A stretch of DNA of 64,000 bases, taken from the IMG/VR virus record IMGVR_UViG_3300047157_000041, positions 2,184 through 66,183 of that record; one strand, 5' to 3'. The position numbers and the translations under genes are program-made. Shown one piece after another: positions 1 to 10,900 of the stretch. The DNA comes from a virus (taxonomy: Duplodnaviria; Caudoviricetes). The notes below the pieces were generated by a model. It was not told the origin of the DNA and did no database searches. It saw only the letters and a list, made by a program, of their open reading frames with translations. The stretch's first letter is position 1; every line of letters begins with the position of its first letter.

Positions 1-149
1 AATTTGATGCCGCTATTAGCTCAGGGCTTGCTATTATGGCTTGCCATAAAGATTTATATAGACCAAATATCAAAATGGAAAGAGCACCAATTAATTTAAG
101 ATTTGCTAAGTATCAAATCGAAGGATCAACATCAAAAATAATAAAATAG
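1..149 (+). CDS. Terminase large subunit, C-terminal fragment (5'-truncated by the window)
   Basis: The frame from nt 3 reads FDAAISSGLAIMACHKDLYRP...SKIIK* (TAG 147-149). It lies directly upstream of the portal, and the D-x-x-I-S-x-x-LA segment resembles the end of the TerL nuclease domain. Confidence 0.65.
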   Translation, partial: FDAAISSGLAIMACHKDLYRPNIKMERAPINLRFAKYQIEGSTSKIIK

Positions 150-153
150 TAAT

Positions 154-2584
154 ATGGCAGGAGTAGTAAATAGTTTTTTCCCAAGTCAAGTCGCAAGTGA
201 CTCTGAGAAGATGTCACGAGACTACGGGCTCCAAGTTGGAAGAGCAATTCAGAATGAGTGGTTCTCGAACAACTCTGGTGTAACTAGATTCAGAAGTAAT
301 CAAAATACATTCCATAGCTTAAGGCTATATGCAAGAGGTGAACAGCCTATACAAAAATATAAAGATGAAATGTCTATTAACGGCGATTTATCTTATCTTA
401 ATTTAGATTGGAAGCCAGTACCTATATTGTCAAAGTTTGTAGATATAGTTGTTAATGGCATAGCTGATAGATCTTTTGACCTTACAGCTTATTCTCAAGA
501 TCCATACGGGGTTAGCAAAAGAACCAAGTATATGGAATCTATTATAAGAGATTTACAAACTGAAGAATTAAATGTATTTGCACAAGAAAATTTTGGTATA
601 AATTTATTTGAAAACAATCCAGATAAATTACCAGACTCTGAGGAAGAGTTAGATTTGCATATGCAATTAAGCTATAAGCAAGGAATTGAAATAGCGGAAG
701 AAGAAGCTTTGAGTGTTATGTTTGACGAAAACAGATATGACTTAACAAAGAAAAGATATTATTATGACATAACAACTCTAGGTATTGGTGCTGTTAAAAA
801 TAATTTTACAGAAGCAGAGGGCGTAACTGTGGAATATGTTGATCCAGCTTATTTAATTTATTCTTACACAGAGGACCCGTATTTTCAAGATATATATTAT
901 GCAGGCGAAGTTAAATTCGTGCCCTTAAACGAGCTTAAAAAGCAGTTTCCGAACCTATCTGAGGAACAAATGGATCAGATACAATCACAAGGATCGCAAA
1001 ATTATGGTGTTTGGAATAATAATATAAGTAATACAAACAATAATAATAGAGATCAAAATATAGTTCAGATACTTTACTTTAATTATAAAACTTACATGAA
1101 CGAAGTTTATAAAGTGAAAGAAACTGCAACAGGTGCTTCAAAAATAATAGCAAGAGATGACCAGTTCAATCCTCCTATTGAAATGTACGAAGAGCAGTTT
1201 GGTAAAATGTCTAGATCACTTGAAGTATTATACGAGGGTGTAATGGTGTTAGGAACTGATATATTGCTTAAATGGGAAATGGCCTAAAAACATGATGCGA
1301 CCAAAAAGCGATAGCAGTAAGGTTAAAATGAATTACGCTATAACAGCCCCTAGAATGTATCAAGGCAGAATAGAATCAATAGTAAGTCGTTGTACTGCTT
1401 TTGCTGATATGATACAATTAACACATTTAAAACTACAACAAGTATTACAAAGAATGATACCAGACGGTGTTTACTTAGATGCTGACGGTATAAATGAAGT
1501 TGATTTAGGTAATGGTACAAATTATAATCCTCAGGAAGCACTTAATATGTTTTTTCAAACAGGATCTATAATAGGTAGATCGTTTACACAAGAGGGTGAT
1601 ATGAACCCTGGTAAAGTGCCAATACAAGAAGTACAGACTGGAAGTGGAGGGCAAAAGCTACAAACACTTATATCTACATACAACTATTATCTTCAAATGA
1701 TAAGAGATGTAACCGGATTGAATGAAGCAAGAGATGGTAGCACACCAGATTCAAGAGCTTTAGTAGGTGTACAAAAATTAGCAGCAGCTAATTCCAATAC
1801 AGCGACAAGGCATATACTTGATGCAGGTTTATATTTAACAAGAGAAACAGCGGAGTGTTTATCTTTAAGAATATCTGATATACTTGAATACCACCCAGCA
1901 AAAGAATCTTTTATTCAAAAAATTGGTGGATTTAATGTAGCTACTTTAGATGAATTGAGGGATTTACATTTGCATGATTTCGGTATATTTTTAGAGTTAA
2001 CTCCTGATGATGAAGAAAAACAACTTTTAGAAAACAATGTTCAACAAGCATTATCAGCTGGATTAATTGATTTATCCGATGCAATCGATATAAGAGAAGT
2101 TAAGAATATAAAGTTAGCTAATCAATTATTGAAAGTTAGACAAAAGAAACGTCAAGAAAGATTACAACAAGAGCAGCAAGCAAATATACAAGCACAAGCT
2201 CAAGCAAACGCACAATCACAACAAGTAGCAGCACAAGCTGAAATACAAAAAGACCAAGCTTTATTTCAAACAAAGTCTCAATTAGAACAATTAAAAGGTC
2301 AAATTGAACAGCAAAGAATAGGTGTTGAAGTTGGTGCTAAAAAAGAATTGATGGCTTTAGAATTCCAATACAACATGCAGCTTAAGGGCATGGAGGTTCA
2401 GAATGCTAAAGACAAAGAAAAAGAAATAGAAGATCGAAAAGATCAGCGTACAAGAATACAAGGTACACAGCAAAGTGAAATGATTGCACAAAGAAAAAAC
2501 GATACACCACCGACTAACTTCGAATCTGGAGGAAATGACACAATGGGAGGTGGATTTGGCTTAGGTGCTTTTGATCCTAGGTAA
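154..2584 (+). CDS. Portal protein (split by an apparent +1 frameshift at ~1285 into ORFs 154-1287 and 1292-2584)
   Basis: About 810 aa when joined, located between TerL and scaffold/MCP. It has a portal-like VTGLNEARDG segment and a Q-rich coiled-coil C-terminus. ATG GCC TAA AAA C ATG reads through if one base is removed. Confidence 0.8.
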
Positions 2585-2589
2585 TAATA
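2578..2589 (+). promoter_or_regulatory. Putative middle/late phage promoter element TAGGTAATAATA
   Basis: One-mismatch copy of TACGTAATAATA, found at other operon starts. It lies upstream of scaffold/MCP. Confidence 0.45.
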
Positions 2590-2616
2590 ATAGTAACAAT
2601 TATATAATATTTTATC

Positions 2617-3867
2617 ATGTCAGAAATTAAAACAGAAGGTAGCTTTAAGATTAAAGCCCCTGAAAAAAAAGAACCAGTAGCTGAACAAGTTAAAGAAGCT
2701 CCTGAAGAAGTTAAAGCTGAACCTCAGCCAAAAGTTGATTCCCCGGTTTCAATAGACGAAGAAAGTGGTGGTATTAAATTAGACTTAACTCAACTTAATA
2801 AACCACAAGAAGATGCCAATACAGAGCAAGAAACAACAGACGTGGCTTCAGATCAACAAGCCGAACCTGTACAAGAAGTGGAAAAAGAAATACCACAACA
2901 ACCAGAGCCCGTTCAAGCTGAAGAATCCGTTCTCGAAGAAATAACAGATGAAGAGGTTGAAGAAAAAACAGAAGAGCTAAAAGAAGAAATAGAACAAGCT
3001 GTTCAGCAATCACAAGACACCGCTGAGCCTTTACCTGAAAACATACAAAAAGTTGTAGAGTTCATGAATGAAACCGGCGGAAGTCTGGAGGATTACGTAA
3101 AGCTTAATCAGGACTATAGCTCTTTAAATGAGAATCAATTACTAAGAGAGTATTATGAAAACACAAGACCTCACTTAGATAAAGAAGATATTGATTTTCT
3201 TATGGAAGATAAATTTTCTTATGACGAAGAGGTAGATGACGAAAGAGAAGTAAGGCGTAAGAAGATATCACAAAGAGAAGAATTAGCTAAAGCTAAAAAT
3301 CATTTAGACGGTTTAAAGTCTAAGTATTATAAAGAAATAAAATCAGGTTCTAAATTAGCGCCTGAGCAACAAAAAGCGGTGGATTTTTTCAATCGCTATA
3401 CAAAAGAAAATGAAGAGGCAACTCGAGTAGCTGAGAAGCAAACAGAAGTGTTTTTAAATAAAACGAGTAATGTTTTTGGTGATGATTTCAAAGGTTTTGA
3501 TTATCAAGTCGGAGACAAAAAATACCGTTTTAAAGTTAAAGACGCTAGTTCCGTTAAAGAAAACCAAAGCGATATTAACAATTTTGTCAAGAAGTTCTTG
3601 AATGAAAAAAACGAAATGTCAGATGCCAAAGGTTATCACAAAGGATTATTCACAGCTATGAATGCAGACTCAATTGCAAATCACTTTTATGAGCAGGGCA
3701 AAGCTGACGCTATGAAAGACAGTATGGCAAAAAGTAAAAACGTACAGATGGGAGCGAGAGGCGTTCATCAAGAAGTTAAAACTGCCAACGGATTTACAGT
3801 TAGATCAGTCGATTCAGGAAGCGCCGATTCAAAATTACGAATTAAAACTTTTAAACATTTAAAATAA
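2617..3867 (+). CDS. Capsid scaffolding/assembly protein
   Basis: 416 aa with a very acidic E/P/Q-rich N-terminal half and a helical C-terminal half. Located between portal and MCP. Confidence 0.6.
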   Translation: MSEIKTEGSFKIKAPEKKEPVAEQVKEAPEEVKAEPQPKVDSPVSIDEESGGIKLDLTQLNKPQEDANTEQETTDVASDQQAEPVQEVEKEIPQQPEPVQAEESVLEEITDEEVEEKTEELKEEIEQAVQQSQDTAEPLPENIQKVVEFMNETGGSLEDYVKLNQDYSSLNENQLLREYYENTRPHLDKEDIDFLMEDKFSYDEEVDDEREVRRKKISQREELAKAKNHLDGLKSKYYKEIKSGSKLAPEQQKAVDFFNRYTKENEEATRVAEKQTEVFLNKTSNVFGDDFKGFDYQVGDKKYRFKVKDASSVKENQSDINNFVKKFLNEKNEMSDAKGYHKGLFTAMNADSIANHFYEQGKADAMKDSMAKSKNVQMGARGVHQEVKTANGFTVRSVDSGSADSKLRIKTFKHLK

Positions 3868-3873
3868 TTTATT

Positions 3874-5331
3874 ATGGCATTTGATGTAGCGCCAGCAACG
3901 TTGGCAAATTTAAACCACCTTACACCGAGACCAGTAAAGGGGCTGTTTGGAGATAACTATTTATCTTTAGCAGATATGAGCTGGACTCAACAATTTTTAC
4001 CTGAAGTTTACGAGAAAGAAGTAGAGAGATACGGTAACCGTACTATCACTGGATTCTTAAGAATGGTAGGAGCAGAGATGCCTATGGCATCAGATCAAGT
4101 AGTTTGGTCAGAACAAGGAAGATTACACATAGCTTACGATACGGCAGTATCTAATGCACCTGCAGGAGCAGCTGGTACTCAGACTATCGGTTTACCTTCT
4201 CCAGGAGCAGATGGAAAAGTTCCATTATTAGGACCTGGTATGACTATCGTTATTGCTAAAGGTACTGTAACTAACAAAGCATTTGTTAAGTCTGTAGGGG
4301 CTTTAGCAGGTGGTGTTCAGACTTACGCTATTGAAGTATATGATAACGCAAACAGAAACCTTACAGTAGCTTTACAAGGAGCAACAAATGGTAACGGTAA
4401 CTTAAGCTTATTCGTATTTGGTTCTGAATATGGAAAAGGATCTTCATTAGCTGGTAATTCAGTTGATGCATCTTTTACAACTTTCAGTAACAAACCAATC
4501 ATCTTAAGAGACAAGTATGAGGTTAACGGTTCAGACGTTGCTCAAATTGGATGGGTTGAAGTTACTACTGAAATAGGAACTGGTGGATACTTATGGTACT
4601 TAAAATCTGAGCATGAGTCAAGAATTAGATTCGAAGACTACTTAGAAATGAGTATGGTTGAAGCAGAAAATGCAGCTACTCCATTCACGAATGCAGCAGG
4701 AGCTACACTTTCAGGTATGCAAGGATTATTCTCTACACTAGAAGAAAGAGGATTAGTATGGTCAGGAACTGATTTTGCAACAGTAGGTGCAGGAACAGGG
4801 ATCGATGCATTTGATCAAATCTTACAAGAGCTAGATAAACAGGGAGCTATTGAGGAAAACATGATGTTCTTAGATAGAGCTACGTCTCTAGGTATCGATG
4901 ACATGTTGGCTGCTCAAAATTCTTACGGAGCTGGAGGTACATCTTACGGTGTATTTGATAACTCTGAAGATATGGCACTAAACCTTGGATTCTCTGGATT
5001 CAGAAGAGGAGCTTACGATTTCTACAAAACAGACTGGAAATATTTAAATGATTCTACAACTCGTGGATTAATTAACGATATCAAAGGTGTTATTGTACCG
5101 GCTGGAACTTCTACAGTTTACGATCAACAATTAGGACAAAACATTTCAAGACCTTTCTTACACATCAGATACAGAGCTTCTGAAGCTGATGATAGAAGAC
5201 TAAAATCTTGGGTGACTGGTTCAGTTGGCGGAAACTATACAAGTGACACGGATGTTATGAATGTGCATTTCTTATCAGAAAGAACAATGTGTACTCAAGC
5301 AGCGAACAACTTCGTATTATTAAAAGCTTAG
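3874..5331 (+). CDS. Major capsid protein
   Basis: 485 aa, follows the scaffold, is followed by a strong hairpin and has biased codon usage typical of a highly expressed gene. Size and position match MCPs of Bacteroidota podophages. Confidence 0.8.
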   Translation: MAFDVAPATLANLNHLTPRPVKGLFGDNYLSLADMSWTQQFLPEVYEKEVERYGNRTITGFLRMVGAEMPMASDQVVWSEQGRLHIAYDTAVSNAPAGAAGTQTIGLPSPGADGKVPLLGPGMTIVIAKGTVTNKAFVKSVGALAGGVQTYAIEVYDNANRNLTVALQGATNGNGNLSLFVFGSEYGKGSSLAGNSVDASFTTFSNKPIILRDKYEVNGSDVAQIGWVEVTTEIGTGGYLWYLKSEHESRIRFEDYLEMSMVEAENAATPFTNAAGATLSGMQGLFSTLEERGLVWSGTDFATVGAGTGIDAFDQILQELDKQGAIEENMMFLDRATSLGIDDMLAAQNSYGAGGTSYGVFDNSEDMALNLGFSGFRRGAYDFYKTDWKYLNDSTTRGLINDIKGVIVPAGTSTVYDQQLGQNISRPFLHIRYRASEADDRRLKSWVTGSVGGNYTSDTDVMNVHFLSERTMCTQAANNFVLLKA

Positions 5332-5343
5332 GCTGACTATCAA

Positions 5344-5390
5344 GTAGTGGTTACCCTCGTTGAACTGACGGGGGTAATTATTACTCTTAT
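5344..5390 (+). terminator. Stem-loop terminator/attenuator after MCP
   Basis: GTAGTGGTTACCCTCGT-TGAACTG-ACGGGGGTAATTATTAC inverted repeat (G-U allowed) followed by a T-rich tract. Confidence 0.7.
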
Positions 5391-5413
5391 TAACATTTAT
5401 ATTATATTATATC

Positions 5414-6220
5414 ATGGCTAAAAAAGCACAAGCAGAAACTATTGAGGTTGCACCTCAAAAAATAAAAGTACCTGAAGTAAAAAAAGATACTTGGGTAATT
5501 AAAGATAGATTATATGAACTTGCTACAGGTAAAGAACCCTTAGTATATTCTATAGCAACAGCGCATTCAAGAGTTAAATCACTACTTTGGTTTGATGAAG
5601 AAAAAGGGTATCAAAGAGAATTAAGATACGCAACCAACCAAAGATCACCATTCGTTGACGAACAAAAAGGTCAAGTTATAATGGGGAGAATCATTTTTAG
5701 AAATGGTAAATTATCAGTGAAAAAAGAAGATGTTGCATTACAAAAATTACTATCATTATATCACCCAGATTTGGGTTTAATATATAAAGAATATAAACCT
5801 CAACAAGTTGCTACTAATGAAGTAGAATGGATTGAGTTTGAATTACAAGCATTGAATATGGCCAAAGGATTATCCTTAGAAGATGCTGAAGCTATATTGC
5901 GTGTAGAAGTTGGAGAACAAGTAAATACATTATCATCATCTGAATTAAAAAGAGATGTATTAATATTTGCTAGAAAAAATCCACAATTATTCCTTGAGTT
6001 AGCAACAGATGACAATACCCAATTAAGAAACTTCGGTATTAAAGCTGTTGAAGCGGGAATATTAAATTTATCACAAGATCAAAGAACTTTCACTTACGGT
6101 GGAAATGGTCGAAAAGTAATGACTGTACCATTTGATGAGCATCCTTATTCAGCTCTATCAGCATTTTTCAAAACAGATGAAGGTATGGAAATATACAAAG
6201 CAATTGAAAAAAGACTTTAA
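5414..6220 (+). CDS. Conserved hypothetical, probably virion/capsid-associated protein
   Basis: 268-aa ORF in the structural operon directly after MCP. Confidence 0.5.
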   Translation: MAKKAQAETIEVAPQKIKVPEVKKDTWVIKDRLYELATGKEPLVYSIATAHSRVKSLLWFDEEKGYQRELRYATNQRSPFVDEQKGQVIMGRIIFRNGKLSVKKEDVALQKLLSLYHPDLGLIYKEYKPQQVATNEVEWIEFELQALNMAKGLSLEDAEAILRVEVGEQVNTLSSSELKRDVLIFARKNPQLFLELATDDNTQLRNFGIKAVEAGILNLSQDQRTFTYGGNGRKVMTVPFDEHPYSALSAFFKTDEGMEIYKAIEKRL

Positions 6221-6230
6221 TAGTCACCTT

Positions 6231-6266
6231 ATAGTAATAGGCTACTAAACGGTGGCCTATTATTAT
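6231..6266 (+). terminator. Stem-loop, putative terminator
   Basis: ATAGTAATAGGCTAC-TAAACG-GTGGCCTATTATTAT intergenic inverted repeat. Confidence 0.6.
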
Positions 6267-6284
6267 AATAATAAAAAATAAATT

Positions 6285-7037
6285 ATGGCTGTAAGCGTAG
6301 ATACTGTATATCAAAGAGTATTAGCAATACTTAATAAAGAACAAAGAGGGTATGTTACTCCTCAAGAATTTAATCTATTTGCTAATCAAGCTCAATTAGA
6401 TATATTCGAACAATACTTTTATGATATTAATCAGTTTGGAAGAGTACCAGGTAATGATACCGAGTTTTCCGATATGCTTAACATCCTTAATGAAAAGATT
6501 AACATATTCGAAAAAAATGGGCCTATGACTTATAGTGCTCAAAACTATTGGACAGCGCCCGCTGATCTATATAGGCTAGGTACTATTGTTTATGCAAACA
6601 CAGTATCATCCCTTTCATTATATCCAACACCAAATACTGTAGTAAATACAACAACTCTTGTTGAAGCGGAACGCACAAACTATAATGAGTACTTAATGAT
6701 CAATCAATCCGAGTATTTAAAACCTACTAACTCAAGACCTGTTTTTGTGGCTAGTGATGCTGGCTATAAGGTATACGGTGCAAGTGGTGAGTTAATTACC
6801 GGTGTAACGTGTAATTATATAAAAGTACCGTCAGAGGTAGCGTGGGGATACCAAATGGTATACGGTGAAGCATTGTATGACGCTACAACCGCTGTTAATT
6901 TTGAGTTGCATGAATCAGAAGAAACCGAGCTAGTTATTAAGATATTAGGCTTTGCTGGTTTATCCACTAAAGAAATTCAAATGTATCAAGTTGCTAATAG
7001 CATAGAGGCACAAACCACACAACAAGAAAAACAATAA
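6285..7037 (+). CDS. Tail ring / head-tail adaptor protein
   Basis: 250 aa. N-terminal helical EFNLFANQAQ motif typical of podovirus adaptor/ring proteins, and the expected position. Confidence 0.55.
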   Translation: MAVSVDTVYQRVLAILNKEQRGYVTPQEFNLFANQAQLDIFEQYFYDINQFGRVPGNDTEFSDMLNILNEKINIFEKNGPMTYSAQNYWTAPADLYRLGTIVYANTVSSLSLYPTPNTVVNTTTLVEAERTNYNEYLMINQSEYLKPTNSRPVFVASDAGYKVYGASGELITGVTCNYIKVPSEVAWGYQMVYGEALYDATTAVNFELHESEETELVIKILGFAGLSTKEIQMYQVANSIEAQTTQQEKQ

Positions 7038-7040
7038 TAG

Positions 7041-7964
7041 ATGGCATTAATAAATAAAACACAGGAAGAATATTATTTAGGACCAGACGGTGTTTGGGAT
7101 AGTAATGATGAAAATTACGGTGGCTATCAGTTTGTAAGCATATCAGATATTATAAACAATTTTATGGTTATTTATGTTGGCCAAGAAAAAATAATAACAA
7201 AAGTTAAAAGAACAGATGTTGCATTCCATGCTCAACAAGCTATACAAGAGTTTAGTTTCGATACTTTACCACAAGAAAAATCAGTTGAGATTGAGTGTCC
7301 TCCTGGTTTATATATGGTTATGCCTCAGGATTATGTTAACTATACTAAATTATCTTGGGTAGATAATAAGGGTATTGAAAGAATAATATACAGAACAGAC
7401 TTAACTAGCAATCCGCTTCCATATGCGCAAGACGGTAATTACGAATATATATTCGATGAAAACGGTGAAGTTGCATATCCTCAACCATCTGAAACATTAA
7501 GGAGATGGCAAGAAAACAGCAGATACCCTTTAGGTGATTCTGAGAACGGTTGGAACGCTTGGCAAAATAATCCAGACTTGTTAAATCTTTATGCTTATGG
7601 CGGAAGATACGGTATAAATCCAGAACAAACACAATCTAATGGTGTATTTTATATAGATCAAAAGAAAGGCATGATACGCTTTAGTTCAAATCTAGTTGGC
7701 AAAATTGTAACTTTAAAATATATAAGCGATGGGCTTGGTTCTGATGAAGACATGACTGTTCATAAATTTGCCATTGATGCAATATACAAATATATAGCTC
7801 ACGCTATCTTATCAGTAAGAGCCAACACACAAGAATACGCTATACAAAGATTTAAAAAAGAAATGGTAGCAGCTAGAAGAAATGCTAAGATTCGTTTATC
7901 AGAATTAAAATCAGATCTAATGGCACAAGTAATGAGAAATCAATCCAAATGGATTAAATCGTAA
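7041..7964 (+). CDS. Second tail ring/tubular protein
   Basis: 307 aa with an MPQDYVNYTKL motif similar to ring/adaptor proteins. Located just before the nozzle gene. Confidence 0.5.
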   Translation: MALINKTQEEYYLGPDGVWDSNDENYGGYQFVSISDIINNFMVIYVGQEKIITKVKRTDVAFHAQQAIQEFSFDTLPQEKSVEIECPPGLYMVMPQDYVNYTKLSWVDNKGIERIIYRTDLTSNPLPYAQDGNYEYIFDENGEVAYPQPSETLRRWQENSRYPLGDSENGWNAWQNNPDLLNLYAYGGRYGINPEQTQSNGVFYIDQKKGMIRFSSNLVGKIVTLKYISDGLGSDEDMTVHKFAIDAIYKYIAHAILSVRANTQEYAIQRFKKEMVAARRNAKIRLSELKSDLMAQVMRNQSKWIKS

Positions 7965-7970
7965 AACTGA

Positions 7971-10900
7971 ATGGCAGAACTAATACATACATTTACCAAT
8001 GGGAAAATGAATAAAGATTTCGATGAGAGATTGGTTCCCAACGGTGAATATCGCGATGCTTTAAATTTAGAGATAGCGTCCTCTGATAATTCACAGGTCG
8101 GTTCATTTCAAAATATAAAAGGTAATAGAGAAAAGAAATCTAAATACTTAAACGAAACCACGGGTAAACTTACTTCGTGGACTAGTGATTATATAAGCGA
8201 TTTAAGTAATCCAATCTGTATTGGTGCGTATCTGATGAAAATTCAGACGAAATATATTGGTTTATAGCCTCAGATAATATTAGCGTTATTGCTTCTTATA
8301 ATTCTGTAACTACGGTAACTTTACCTTTAATTGTAGACACACAAAATATTTTAAAGTTTAGTAAAGATTATTTAATAACCGGAGTTAACGTACTTGATGG
8401 TATGTTAATATGGACAGATAATCAAACTGAACCTAAAAAAATAATTATAAAAGATTGGGTTCCTCCAGTAAACTTTTTAACTCATTCACAAATATACGGT
8501 AGAAACTTTATAGAGTCTGATCTAACCGTAATAAAAAAATATCCACTACAACCTCCGACTATAGAAGCATATTCTACAGACAGAACTATAGACGGCACAA
8601 ACCCACCGGTGGTTGCAACTGTCGAAACTCAAACATTGTTTTCTTTTGCAGAAACTATTAACGGTGAAGTTGTTCCATTAAATAGTGAAAGCGGGCCACA
8701 AACACTTACTTGGCTTGGAAACACACCTCCTTATTTTAAAGTTGACGACGTCTTGCTTTTTTCGTGGTCAGAAAATGATCCTTTAGACAATGATGCTATC
8801 TCACGATGCACTGTTCAATCTATAATAGGAAGTGGGCAAAATCAAACAGGTGCTGTAGTAATTGTTAATTCTGTTGGGGTTGGTATAGAAAATCAAACAA
8901 CAACTCCCAAATTATATGATGTAGTATTAGAGCAAGAAACTCCATTCTTTGAAATGAGGTTCGCTAGATTTGGCTATAGATACAAGTACGAGAATAATGA
9001 AATTTCTGCTTTCTCACCTTTTAGCAATCCTGCTTTTATACCTGGAGATTTTAACTACTCCCCTCAAGAGGGTTATAATTTAGCGATGGTTAATAATATT
9101 AGACAACTAACAATATCTAATTTTATACCGTCTAACATACCCATTGATGTAGTTGAGGTAGACATATTATATAAAGCTACCAACAATGCTAATGTTTACG
9201 TTGTTGATTCTTTCACTAGCACTGATGACGAGTGGCTTTCCAACTCTTTTAATATTAAAACAGAAATTATAACTTCGGTTGTAAACGCCAACCAATTGCT
9301 AAGGCCATACGACAATGTGCCTAGAAAAGCGTTGGCTCAAGAAATATCTGCGAACAGGTTAATATACGGTAATTATACACAAAATTTTAATTTAATTGAT
9401 TCTTTAGGTAACCCTACCCAAACGGTTATTGATGTGGCTACAGACTCTTTAGATATATTAAATCCTAGCGGAGAACCAATTTCAAGTGTAATAATTGGTA
9501 ATAATACAGTAGCCGAATCTGTTAAATCTATTAGAACTTACCAAGTTGGGGTTGCTTATATGGATAAGTACGGAAGAACAACACCTGTATTTACAAGTAA
9601 GGAAGCAACCGCTGTTATTGAAAAGCAGGATGCTCAAAAATCAAATAAGATTAAAGCGAGGATAGCAAGCTCTGTTCCTTATTACGATCAGCAAACACAA
9701 TTTCCTAACTTTAAGTATTATATAAAAGAAACATCTCAGGAGTATTACAATCTATGTTTAGACCGATATTATGACGCAGAGGACGGGAATGTTTGGTTAT
9801 CTTTTCCATCAGCGGAAAGAAACAAAGTAGATGAAGAAACTTTTATTATACTTAAAAAAGAACATGACAGTGATGAGCCTGTAACAGAAAAAGCTAGATA
9901 CAAAATTATAGCTATTGAAAACGAAGCACCCCAGTATTTAAAAGAAACAAAGTTATCAAAAGGTACAATGACCCGAGATGATGGAAACTCCCAATTGTTG
10001 TTTCCAAATGGATATTTTCCTATTGAAGGAGGAGTTGAAATTGCTGTAGATGCTTCAGATAATGATTCTGAACACCCAGGTTTTGAACAAACATTTGGTG
10101 TAGAAACTGCATCAACTTCTGGTCTAGTTATGAGAATTACAGACGGTTTTAATATTAGTAATTGGTACAAAATAGGATCTATTGGTAAAATTGATATTAG
10201 TGGTGAAAAATATACATTAACTTCTTCTTCAGTTTTTGGAGCGGATATGAACTTCACATCAACAGACCCTTATGGCTGGACATACGCTGTAAACGGGTTA
10301 CAATTAGAAATAGCTGAAATTGAAATTCAAAATAAGCCGGAATTTACAGGTAGATTTTTTGTTAAAGTAAATCAGGACGTAATACTTACTGAAAATATAT
10401 TAGCAGCAAGAGCTAGTGATGATAAATATATACGAAAAGCTTTAGGGTTTTGTTATTATTTAGACGCTACTAAGGATAGAAGAAGAGACTGGAGAAGAAG
10501 CTCTCACAATTGGCTATGTGATGATGCCCAAGGAAATGACTCAAGATTGTTTATAGACAGAGTAAAAACGAATTGCGCTAGAAAAGGTAACGGCACAACA
10601 TTAGGAGCAACAGAAGGCACAATTGAAATTAGTTGGACCGGTGGCGGTAAGTATGGAGGAGGTAGATCTATGGAGGTTAAATATCCTGCTTTGCACGATG
10701 CTCTAAATTCCGTTGGTTCTTTATTCCGATTTATAGATGCAGGCGGTAGCCTAAGCAGTCAACTGGATAATGGTGATCCTAATGGTACTATATACAGAAT
10801 TACAGGCATTGAGGATACCGTTGTTAGAACCTATCAATGTAGTAGGATTTTTCCCGACTACGGTGACAGCTTAAATACTTTAAGAAGATATAAGCTTACT

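Noticed and set aside
1279..1294. Portal split into two ORFs (programmed frameshift or stop readthrough?)
   Set aside because: The downstream part is in a different frame, so readthrough cannot join them. A one-base indel restores an essential gene, and similar breaks occur throughout the window, so sequencing error is most likely.
8220..8402. Break in the nozzle gene
   Set aside because: The alternative frame is open across the gap and no slippery site or structure is evident. Likely an indel error.
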